From an uncultured bacterium (GTDB lineage: Bacteria; Lernaellota; Lernaellaia; Lernaellales; Lernaellaceae), in NCBI GenBank assembly GCA_964534375.1, contig CAZHPN010000093.1:1-22467 (forward strand): a DNA stretch of 22,467 nt, given 5' to 3'. This document shows, piece after piece, positions 1 to 7,227 of the stretch (positions are counted from its first letter, which is position 1; every line of letters starts with the position of its first letter). A program made the translations under genes and the position numbers. The notes below the pieces were generated by a model. It was not told where the DNA came from. It saw only the letters and a list, made by a program, of their open reading frames with translations, and did no database searches.

Positions 1-49
1 TGTTCGATTTCCGAACACGCGTGTTCGATTTTCGAACACCATCGAACAC
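1..49. promoter_or_regulatory. Tandem palindromic boxes (TGTTCG-N5-CGAACA x2 plus a half site), candidate transcription-factor / enhancer-binding sites
   Basis: tgttcgatttccgaaca at 1-17 and gtgttcgattttcgaacac at 21-39 lie 21 bp apart (about two helical turns), with a further tcgaacac at 42-49. The window edge truncates the context. Confidence 0.4.
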
Positions 50-335
50 TTTTTGAGGCGCTCGGTTCGTCGTAAAACGTCCCATTGTGTCAGTTCCGGG
101 ACATTTGCCGAGTGCCGTTTACCGCATCGCGCTGTTTTCGGACACCTGGGCCGCTGACGCTGACGCCCCATCTTAGCGAGCCATTTCCGAAGTGGCTGGC
201 ACCTTCTTCGGGGCGCCTTCTTCGGGTGCCTGAACTGATCGACGACGCCGGCCGTCAGCAGCAATCGCGGCCGGTAGGCAGTTCGCGCGCCGCGCCGAAG
301 TCGATAACGGGGTCTCGCTTGCTTATCGGGCAAGG

Positions 336-1373
336 TTGACGACGAACCGTCGCCTCGCTAGCCTCGTGGCCGTGGTGGAACTGAAACCAGAAGCCGCACG
401 AACGGTCATCATTACGGGCGGGAATTCCGGGCTCGGGTACGCCTGTGCTCGCGTGTTCCTCGCGCAGCGCGAGCCATGGCGGGTCGTTCTCGCATGCCGC
501 GATCCGCAACGCGCCGCAGCCGCCGCGTTAAGTCTTCGCGAGCCAGCCTCCGCGGGGCGCGTCGAGACGATGCCGCTCGACCTCGGATCGTTTGCCTCGA
601 TTCGCGCGTTCGCTCGAGACGTCGCGGTTCGTCTGGCCGGCGGGGAATTGCCGCCGCTGCAGGGCTTGGTCTGCAACGCCGGCGTTCAGGGAGCGAGAGC
701 GTTGACTGTCGACGGGTTCGAGACGACCTTCGGCGTCAATCATCTCGGCCACTTCCTGCTGGTCAATCTGCTGATAAGCGGGCTCGTCGCGCCGGCCCGT
801 GTGGCGATCGTCGCCAGCGGCGTTCACGACCCCGCGCAACGAACCCGGATGCCTGAGCCGGCCTGGAACGACCCGAACGCTCTCGCCCGTGGAGAACTCG
901 GCCCGGCCGCAGCCCAAGATAGCCCTTCCGTCGATATCCGTCGTCGTTACACCACATCCAAGCTCGCCAACGTGTACTTTGCGTACGGCCTGGCCAGGCG
1001 TCTGCCCACGGGCGTAACCGTCAACGCGTTCGACCCCGGCCTCATGCCGGGCACCGGCCTCGCTCGCGAGTACCCGCCGCCGATCAGGTGGCTGTGGTTC
1101 CGTGTGCTGCCGCGAGTGATCCCTCTGCTCCGTCGGCTCGTGGCGCCGAACATCCACACGGCGAACGAATCGGGCGCCGCGCTCGCGCGGTTGATTCTCG
1201 ACCCGGCGTTGGCGGCGACCAACGGCAGATATTTCGAGGGTCTGCGCGAAATTCGCTCGTCCGACGATTCCTACGACGAAACTCGAGCCGACGAGCTGTG
1301 GCGCGCGAGCGCTGCGCTCACCGGTCTGGGACCCGAGCACGGCGCTGAGAGACTGTCGACATTTTCGGATTGA
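336..1373 (+). CDS. Short-chain dehydrogenase/reductase (protochlorophyllide-reductase/retinol-dehydrogenase-like SDR)
   Basis: Has TGGNSGLG Rossmann motif, LVCNAG, FGVNHLGHFLL, catalytic YTTSK, DPGLMPGT and C-terminal 'ADELW..S..L'. Start is uncertain (TTG 336 or a GTG shortly downstream). Confidence 0.88.
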   Translation: MTTNRRLASLVAVVELKPEAARTVIITGGNSGLGYACARVFLAQREPWRVVLACRDPQRAAAAALSLREPASAGRVETMPLDLGSFASIRAFARDVAVRLAGGELPPLQGLVCNAGVQGARALTVDGFETTFGVNHLGHFLLVNLLISGLVAPARVAIVASGVHDPAQRTRMPEPAWNDPNALARGELGPAAAQDSPSVDIRRRYTTSKLANVYFAYGLARRLPTGVTVNAFDPGLMPGTGLAREYPPPIRWLWFRVLPRVIPLLRRLVAPNIHTANESGAALARLILDPALAATNGRYFEGLREIRSSDDSYDETRADELWRASAALTGLGPEHGAERLSTFSD

Positions 1374-1441
1374 TCGATCTTTATTCGACATTCTGCATTC
1401 CGCGGGCCTGGCGCCTCCTTCGCCTGCCCGCCGACGGAGGC

Positions 1442-1469
1442 TTGCCTGAGGTCGGCGAGCGCTTATACT
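1442..1469 (+). promoter_or_regulatory. Putative sigma70 promoter for the peroxiredoxin-like gene
   Basis: TTGCCT-N16-TATACT, followed by GGAGG RBS (1503-1507) 7 nt before ATG 1515. Confidence 0.45.
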
Positions 1470-1514
1470 GTAGGCAACGACGATCACGATTCGCAACCAA
1501 CCGGAGGATGAGGC

Positions 1515-2195
1515 ATGACCTTGAGACACGGTTCTTTCGCCCTGGTTCTCGCCGCAATCATCCTGGCCGCGTGCACGGTGAAGCCGTTGCTCTTCGCGGC
1601 GCCATCAACCACGGATGCATCGAAGGACGGCGCGGCGGTTCCCGCGAATGCGCCGACGATCAATCCGCTGAAGGTCGGCGACGCCGTGCCGGCCGTGGTG
1701 GTGCAAACGGCGGACGGCCAGCCGCTCGACCTGCGGGCCGCCGTCGCGAACAAGCCGGCGATTCTGCTCTTCTACCTCGGCCATTGGTGAGGCAGTTGCA
1801 TGCGCCAACTAGGTCAGTTGGCAAAAGACCAGCCCGAATACGACAAGCTCGGCGTCCAGATTTTCGGCACGTGCCCCGAACGTCCTGAAGTGCTCAAACG
1901 AACGGTCACCAAACTCAACCTTGCCTATCAATTGCTTTCCGACCCCGAAGGGAAACTGATGCGCGCGTTCGGCGTCGCGCACCGGATCAGCGACGACGAA
2001 TTCGCGCAATTCAAGTCCGCCGGCAAGGATCTGGAAGGCGATTCCGGCTTCAAGCACCACCTGCTGCCGATTCACGCGGTTTACCTCCTCGGAACCGACG
2101 GCAAGGTGAAGTACGCGATGCCCGTCACCGACGAAAGCAAACACATCGACTTCAAAGCTTTGATGGACGCGGCGAAGGCGGCGGTGGGCAAGTAG
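1515..2195 (+). CDS. Selenocysteine-containing AhpC/TSA (peroxiredoxin-like, thioredoxin-fold) lipoprotein, 226 aa, UGA-Sec at 1788-1790
   Basis: ORFs 1515-1790 and 1800-2195 are in the same frame. Read-through gives LKVGDAVP...ILLFYLGHW-U-GSC-MRQLGQL...LLSDPEGKLMRAFGV...LPIHAVYLLGTDGKVKY, so the TGA occupies the first Cys of the WCxxC redox motif. The N-terminus has a hydrophobic signal with an LAAC lipobox, and a hairpin follows the TGA. Confidence 0.88.
1804..1822 (+). promoter_or_regulatory. Putative bacterial SECIS element
   Basis: Perfect 7-bp stem GCCAACT/AGTTGGC with loop AGGTC, starting 13 nt after the TGA. The GGUC-containing apical loop resembles the E. coli fdhF SECIS loop. Confidence 0.75.
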
Positions 2196-2212
2196 GTAGG
2201 CGAACGGGATTT

Positions 2213-2289
2213 GGGAGTCGGGAGTCGGGAGTCGGGAGTCGGGTTCCGAGTTCCGGCTTCTGACTTCTGACTTCTGACTTCCGACTTCT
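2213..2289 (+). repeat. Paired heptamer tandem repeats (GGGAGTC)x4 and (GACTTCY)x4-5
   Basis: GGGAGTC x4 at 2213-2240; GGCTTCT, GACTTCT, GACTTCT, GACTTCC, GACTTCT at 2255-2289. The two arrays are complementary as + strand RNA when G-U pairs are allowed. Confidence 0.9.
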
Positions 2290-2309
2290 GTCTGCTGTCC
2301 CCCTCCAGT

Positions 2310-2339
2310 TTGACACCCATGAGCCGCTTCGGCTATCCT
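2310..2339 (+). promoter_or_regulatory. Putative sigma70 promoter for the GT-C/UbiA/GGR operon
   Basis: TTGACA-N18-TATCCT, then an AGGAG RBS just before ATG 2374. Confidence 0.55.
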
Positions 2340-2373
2340 GAACTGCCGGATTTTCCGACTTGGCAGGAGTGGA

Positions 2374-4329
2374 ATGACCGAAGCGTCGCCCCGCGCAGAA
2401 CAATTAGACGAAACGCCCGCGCCAACAGCGGCGCCGCAGCTTGCCATCGACGAGACCTTCGATTTCGTGGAGTTCGATGAGAAGTCCGCGCCGCGGCTGT
2501 CGCGGTGGTTCTGGGTGCAGTGGTGCGTCCTGCTGGGGGTCGGCTTCGGCATGCTGTCGGTGCTCGAAGGCGGTTTCGACAACGTCCGCGAATACGGCTG
2601 GACGGAAGCCGGCGTCAACAAGATTCTCCTCTTCAGCCACACCGAAACGATCTTCGGTCTCGCCCTGCTCGCGCTGCTGCCGCTGGCGATTTTCCTCGTG
2701 CTGGGCCTGGAAGACGTCCTGTGGCGGCCGTTCGCGCGCCTCGCCGCCTGGCTGCGCCCGGCCTCGCGACGCCGCGCGGCGCTGCTGGTTCTCGTGCTGG
2801 CGGCTGGCGGCGCGATCGTCGCCGGTTCGCAATGGATGCTGGCGAAGCGGCCGGTGACCGACGACGAAAACGTCTATCTGTTCCAGACCCGAATCCTGGC
2901 GAAGGGCTGGCTGACCCTGCCCAGCCTGCCCGATCAGGAACCGCTGCACGATCGCCTGTTCGAGGACAACATCTTTCTGGTCAACAACGGCAAAATCTTC
3001 GGCCAATATCCCTTCGGCCAGAGCCTCATGCTCCTGCCCGGTTATCTGCTCGGCTGGGCGCACCTGACGCCGCTGCTCTTCGCGTTGGCCGCGATCTTCG
3101 GCATGTACGCGTTGGTCGGGCGCCTCTACGGCCCGAATTGGGGACTCGTCGGAGCGGCGTTGCTGGCGGTCAGTCCGACTTTTCTCGCGACCTCGGCGAC
3201 GCTGCTGTCGCACACGTCGACCTTGTGTTTTCTCGTCTGGTTTCTGTATTTCGCGCATCGCACGTGGAAAGACCCGGCGTGGTGGACGGCGATTCCGGCC
3301 GGCCTGTTTTTCCTGTTGGCGTTCCAGGTGCGCTCGGCGACGACGCTGCTGGCGGCCGGCCCGGTCGGCCTGGCGTTGGCGGTCGCCCTGTTGCGCGACG
3401 CCAAACGGCAGTGGCGCAAGATCGCCTGGCTGGCCGCGTTCGTCATCCTCGCGATCGGGATATCGCTGTGGCTGAACCAGCACGTCAACGGCGATCCGTT
3501 CAAGACGAACTACCACGCGGCGTGGGGCGAAGGCCGAACGCCGTTCAAGCACCCGTTCGGTTTCGAGAAAGGCGCGTGGCACCTGATCCACACGCCGGCG
3601 CAAGGCCTCTGGAACGCGCTCGACAACCTGCTGCGCCTGAATTGGTGGATGCTCGGCTGGCCGATCAGCCTGATTTTCGTTCTTGCCTGGCTGCTGCGGC
3701 GCGACAAGCTGGCCGAGGAGTGGGCGGCCTTCGCGGGCGTCGGCATGACCTTTTTCGCGTACTATTTCTATTTCTGGCCGGGCGTCGCCGACACGGGGCC
3801 GGTCTTGTATTACGAACTGATCGCCGTACTGATTCCGCTGACGATCAGCGGCCTGATCGCCGCTCCGCGGCTGCTGCTGCCCTGGATGCCGCGGCCGCTC
3901 GCGGCGCGCCGCACGGCCTTGTTCGTCGTGTTTTCGACGCTCATCGCCTTTGCGACCTTCCACCAGTTCGAAGTGCGCGGCCTGAACCACGTCGCAGGCC
4001 GCGTCGGCCAATTGGACGACGTGCTCGAACGCTTCGACGTGCCGGCGAACGCGGTGGTGTTCACGAATTACTATTTGAAAATCGCCGGCGAGAAGAATTT
4101 CCAGGACAGTTGGGTGGTCGGCCGGCCGTTCACCAGCCGGCTGCTCGACGATCCGCGGCTCTTTTATATCAACTATGGGCGGACGCGCGATGACGAATTT
4201 CTCGCCAAATATCACCCCGGCCGGCCGGCGTATGTGGTCGTCTGGACCGACGCCGGTTCGCCCAGCGTGATGAAATTGTCGGACTATCAAGTCGCCGCGA
4301 TGCCCGACAATTTGCCCGATTCGCGATGA
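2374..4329 (+). CDS. Multi-pass membrane GT-C fold glycosyltransferase (ArnT/PMT-like)
   Basis: More than 10 hydrophobic segments; acidic 'VTDDENVY' motif after an N-terminal TM; 'YPFG', 'LLAVSPTF', 'LLSHT' segments; extracytoplasmic C-terminal domain. Confidence 0.7.
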   Translation: MTEASPRAEQLDETPAPTAAPQLAIDETFDFVEFDEKSAPRLSRWFWVQWCVLLGVGFGMLSVLEGGFDNVREYGWTEAGVNKILLFSHTETIFGLALLALLPLAIFLVLGLEDVLWRPFARLAAWLRPASRRRAALLVLVLAAGGAIVAGSQWMLAKRPVTDDENVYLFQTRILAKGWLTLPSLPDQEPLHDRLFEDNIFLVNNGKIFGQYPFGQSLMLLPGYLLGWAHLTPLLFALAAIFGMYALVGRLYGPNWGLVGAALLAVSPTFLATSATLLSHTSTLCFLVWFLYFAHRTWKDPAWWTAIPAGLFFLLAFQVRSATTLLAAGPVGLALAVALLRDAKRQWRKIAWLAAFVILAIGISLWLNQHVNGDPFKTNYHAAWGEGRTPFKHPFGFEKGAWHLIHTPAQGLWNALDNLLRLNWWMLGWPISLIFVLAWLLRRDKLAEEWAAFAGVGMTFFAYYFYFWPGVADTGPVLYYELIAVLIPLTISGLIAAPRLLLPWMPRPLAARRTALFVVFSTLIAFATFHQFEVRGLNHVAGRVGQLDDVLERFDVPANAVVFTNYYLKIAGEKNFQDSWVVGRPFTSRLLDDPRLFYINYGRTRDDEFLAKYHPGRPAYVVVWTDAGSPSVMKLSDYQVAAMPDNLPDSR

Positions 4330-5198
4330 TGCGCCAGATTTGGAAATATCTCCTCGCGACGCGCCCGTTCGAATCGGCGCTGATGATCGGCTTTCCGCTG
4401 ATCGGCGCCTTGATCGGCCTGCGCGAGTGGACCGGCGTCGGCCGCCTCGTGCTGCATTTTTTCGTGGCCACCTATCCGCTGGTGATGTACGTCTATTGTC
4501 TCAATTCCTTCGGCGGCTTGTCTCACGACGCGATCAACGAACGGCTCTACGACAACCCGGCCGTGACCGGCGAAGTCAGCCCCAACGAACTGATCGGGCT
4601 GGCCTTCGGCGGCGCGTTCCTGTCGGGCCTGCTCTATTTCCTTTGGTTTCCGCGCTGTCTGGTGCCCTGGCTGTTGATCGTCATCAATTGGACCCTCTAC
4701 TCATACCCGCGCGTGTACGCCAAGGGCCGACCGATCGCCGGTTCGCTCGTCCATTTCATCGGCGGGGTGCTGCAATTCCTGCTCGGCTACGCCGCCACGC
4801 ACCCGCTGGACCGCGCCGGGTTGCTGCTCGGCGTTTATTTCGCCCTCGCCTTTGCCGCCGGCCATCTCAACCACGAAGTCAAAGATTTCGAACCGGACCA
4901 GGCCGCCGGTTTGCACACCAACGCCGTTGCCTTCGGGCCGCGCCGCGTGTTTTCGGCCGCGTTCTTCATTTTTTTCGCCGCCTTCGTTTATCTGCTCTTT
5001 TTGAGTGTTTTCCGCGTCATCGCCTGGCGATATTCCTGGCCCTATTTGGCGATCTTTTTCCCGCACCTGCTCTTGCACATCCGCGCCACGGGGCGCCAAT
5101 GGACGGGTTACGATCGCACGTACCAGTTCGTTTATCGGGCGCTGTTTGTGCTGGCCGGCTTTGCGCTGGCCGGCGCGAAGTGGCTCACGGTGGCCTGA
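4326..5198 (+). CDS. UbiA-superfamily membrane prenyltransferase
   Basis: N-terminal 'ATRP', 'LNSFGGLSHDAIN...NPAVTGEVS', 'YSYPRVYAK', 'HEVKDFEPDQAAGLHTNAV' and about 8-9 TM helices. ATGA overlap with the upstream gene. Confidence 0.78.
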   Translation: MMRQIWKYLLATRPFESALMIGFPLIGALIGLREWTGVGRLVLHFFVATYPLVMYVYCLNSFGGLSHDAINERLYDNPAVTGEVSPNELIGLAFGGAFLSGLLYFLWFPRCLVPWLLIVINWTLYSYPRVYAKGRPIAGSLVHFIGGVLQFLLGYAATHPLDRAGLLLGVYFALAFAAGHLNHEVKDFEPDQAAGLHTNAVAFGPRRVFSAAFFIFFAAFVYLLFLSVFRVIAWRYSWPYLAIFFPHLLLHIRATGRQWTGYDRTYQFVYRALFVLAGFALAGAKWLTVA

Positions 5199-5211
5199 GG
5201 AGAAACCTCGG

Positions 5212-6321
5212 ATGAGTCTGCCGACGTACGAAGTCATTGTCATCGGCGCCGGCCCCTGCGGCGCGACGGCGGCCCGCGAAGTCGCGCTGGGCGGCCGCCG
5301 GGTTCTGCTGCTCGAACGCGACTCCTACCCCGGCGAAAACAACTCCTGCGGCGGCGGCCTCGGCTGTTTTTTGCAGAAGAAATTCGATCTGCCGGACCGC
5401 CTGATCCACAAGCGCGTGCGCGAGGTGCGGCTCGACCTGGGCTTTTTGACCAAAACCTACCGCGCCGACCAGCCCATATACATGTCGATCAAACGCACGG
5501 AGTTCGACAAGTTTCTGGCCGAGCGCGCCGTGGCGGCCGGGGCCGAGTTGCGGGTGCGCCAGACGGTTCTCGGCTACGACCCGCACCGCAAGATCGTCCG
5601 CGTTCTCGATCGCGACAGCGGCCGGCATTGGGAGGCGTCGGCCAAAATTGTGATTTTCGCCGACGGCGCTCGCAGCCTCGCCTGGCGCGAATGCGGCATC
5701 GGCGTCGATCCGCAACGCGACCCGCTGATCGGCATCGCCTACGAACTCGGCTGGCCCGGCAATCCGTGCGAGACGTTCGAGTTTTTCTTCGACGAGGCGA
5801 AATTGCCGTACGGCTATTTTTGGATCTTCCCGACAACTGACACATTGAACGTCGGCATCGGCGGGCCGGTCCGTGACCTCGGCAAGCAAGCCAAGGGACT
5901 GCTGCAGCAGTTCATCGCGGAACGGCCCGAGTTGCGCGACCTCAAGCCCGTGCGCAAGACCGCCGGGTTCATTCCCGGCCATCTCGCGAACCGCCTGCAC
6001 GGCGACGGCGTGCTGGTCGTCGGCGACGCCGGCGGCTTCGTCAATCCGCTGACCGGCGGCGGCATTTACCTCGGCATGCTCGGGGCGCAAACGGCCGGCC
6101 AGGTCGCGGTCGCCGCGCTGCGCGAGGACCGCTGCGACAATCCGTCGCTCGCGCGCTATTCGCGGCGCATCAAAACCTCGCCGTATTGGGCAGGGCTGCA
6201 CGTCTTCCACGGCCTGGTGAAATGGAGTCAGGACCATCGGTTGCGAACGGGCAAACCGGTGCTGGGCAAGATTTTCAAGGTCTATTCGGATATTGGCGAC
6301 TTCGCGCTGCGCAGATTGTGA
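5212..6321 (+). CDS. Geranylgeranyl reductase family FAD-dependent oxidoreductase
   Basis: VIVIGAGPCG, CGGG, RTEFDKFL, ADGARS, GYFWIFP, NVGIG, VGDAGGFVNPLTGGGI. GAGGAG RBS precedes ATG 5212; the ORF track's upstream extension overlaps the UbiA gene. Confidence 0.88.
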   Translation: MSLPTYEVIVIGAGPCGATAAREVALGGRRVLLLERDSYPGENNSCGGGLGCFLQKKFDLPDRLIHKRVREVRLDLGFLTKTYRADQPIYMSIKRTEFDKFLAERAVAAGAELRVRQTVLGYDPHRKIVRVLDRDSGRHWEASAKIVIFADGARSLAWRECGIGVDPQRDPLIGIAYELGWPGNPCETFEFFFDEAKLPYGYFWIFPTTDTLNVGIGGPVRDLGKQAKGLLQQFIAERPELRDLKPVRKTAGFIPGHLANRLHGDGVLVVGDAGGFVNPLTGGGIYLGMLGAQTAGQVAVAALREDRCDNPSLARYSRRIKTSPYWAGLHVFHGLVKWSQDHRLRTGKPVLGKIFKVYSDIGDFALRRL

Positions 6322-6335
6322 GGAATCGGGCTGAA

Positions 6336-6373
6336 CACAGAGGGCGCAGAGCGCGGGCACGGAGGACACCGAG
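6336..6373 (+). repeat. Short degenerate 9-nt-period intergenic repeats (CACAGAG/CGCAGAG/CACGGAG/CACCGAG)
   Basis: Four related heptamers at 6336, 6345, 6358 and 6367. Confidence 0.4.
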
Positions 6374-6391
6374 ATTTATGAGGAACGCTCA

Positions 6392-6715
6392 ATGAAACGC
6401 GTCGGCTTTGTGTTGAAGGTGCGGCCCGACAAGCTGGCGGAATACCGCGAACATCACAAAAAAGTCTGGCCTGAGATGCTCGATGCCCTGCGCCGCCACG
6501 GTTGGGGCAACTATTCATTGTTCTTGCGCGACGATGGGCTGCTGTTCGGCTATTTCGAAACGCCGGCGGATTTTGCGACGGCGCTCGCCGGCATGGCGCA
6601 GGAAGACGTCAATGCGCGATGGCAGAAAATCATGGCGCCGTATTTCGAGGCGCTCGACGGCCGGCCGCCGGACGAGGGAATGTTGGAATTGGAAGAAGTG
6701 TTTCATCTGGATTGA
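6392..6715 (+). CDS. rhaM: L-rhamnose mutarotase
   Basis: 107 aa with EYREHHKKVWPEM, NYSLFL, LFGYFE, RWQKIM and LEEVFHLD, the RhaM signature. GAGG RBS upstream. Confidence 0.9.
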   Translation: MKRVGFVLKVRPDKLAEYREHHKKVWPEMLDALRRHGWGNYSLFLRDDGLLFGYFETPADFATALAGMAQEDVNARWQKIMAPYFEALDGRPPDEGMLELEEVFHLD

Positions 6716-6778
6716 CGGCAAAAATTCCCGAGGGACTGTACAATTCCGGGTCAACCGGGCGCGGGACCAAGACCGTCC

Positions 6779-6807
6779 TTGACAGCTTGCCACGAACCTT
6801 AGACAAT
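6779..6807 (+). promoter_or_regulatory. Putative sigma70 promoter upstream of a long leader
   Basis: TTGACA-N17-GACAAT. Confidence 0.55.
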
Positions 6808-6813
6808 CCGGGC

Positions 6814-6960
6814 ACATCCAAAGCATGCTCCAACTGAGAGTCGGGGAAAGCCGCGTCGGATTTGCCGCCGGTGAGGCGGGCAGAAGTCGGTCATTCGAAG
6901 ATGGGGAGCCGAACGAACCCTGCTCAATGTTTGAGCCAGGCAACTTCGTTCGGAATATCG
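6814..6960 (+). ncRNA. Candidate structured 5' leader or small RNA of unknown family
   Basis: About 160 nt between the promoter and ATG 6975, containing hairpins TGCCGCC-ggtga-GGCGGGCA and CCGAACGAA...GCTCAA-tgt-TTGAGC...TTCGTTCGG (6909-6953). No known riboswitch consensus recognised. Confidence 0.3.
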
Positions 6961-6974
6961 CGAGGAGCAAAGCC

Positions 6975-7196
6975 ATGATGAAAGTCTGTTCGGGGAGTCT
7001 CGTGAAGAACGAAGGCGCGCGCAAGAAGGGCGATAAGTGCGGCGCCGCCATGTATCATTGCGAGCGCTGCCACAAGGAAGGCTGCTGGCACAAAGAACGC
7101 GACACCTGCGCCAACCAGGCGCTCGCCAACGCCGACCCCACGTCGATGAAGAAGATTTGCGTCGGCTGCGGGATGTCGATTTATCATCCGCTGTGA
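6975..7196 (+). CDS. Small Cys-rich hypothetical protein (73 aa, 8 Cys), probable metal (Zn) binding
   Basis: GAGGAG RBS at 6962-6967 and ATG at 6975. Pattern MMKVC...KC...YHCERCHKEGC...TCANQ...ICVGCG, with no signal peptide. Confidence 0.75.
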   Translation: MMKVCSGSLVKNEGARKKGDKCGAAMYHCERCHKEGCWHKERDTCANQALANADPTSMKKICVGCGMSIYHPL

Positions 7197-7200
7197 CTGG

Positions 7201-7227
7201 GGGCGTTGCCCAGCTTGGGCGTTGCCC
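7201..7227. repeat. REP-like GGGCGTTGCCC direct repeat between convergent genes
   Basis: GGGCGTTGCCC at 7201-7211 and 7217-7227; an inverted copy lies at 19482-19492. Confidence 0.5.

Noticed and set aside
12..27. LexA/SOS box (CGAAC...GTTCG)
   Set aside because: The spacer is 6 nt rather than the 4 nt of the Gram-positive box, and the downstream gene is not a DNA-repair gene.
1515..2195. Pseudogene or two separate small genes
   Set aside because: The stop falls exactly on the catalytic Cys position, the frame is preserved and a SECIS-like hairpin follows. Sec recoding explains this better.
2213..2289. CRISPR array or short coding ORFs (QKSEVRS/PTPDSRL peptides)
   Set aside because: Heptamer tandem repeats without spacers; the ORFs are translations of the repeats.
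6860..6945. tRNA-Sec (selC), because CCGGTGAGGCGG resembles the E. coli selC D-arm
   Set aside because: No UCA anticodon loop (TTCAAA), no GTTCGA T-loop at the right distance and no acceptor stem.
6814..6960. Cobalamin, TPP or c-di-GMP riboswitch (GGGAA, CTGAGA, GAGCCAG and CATTCGAA fragments)
   Set aside because: Only isolated short words match; the ordered conserved cores of these families could not be assembled.
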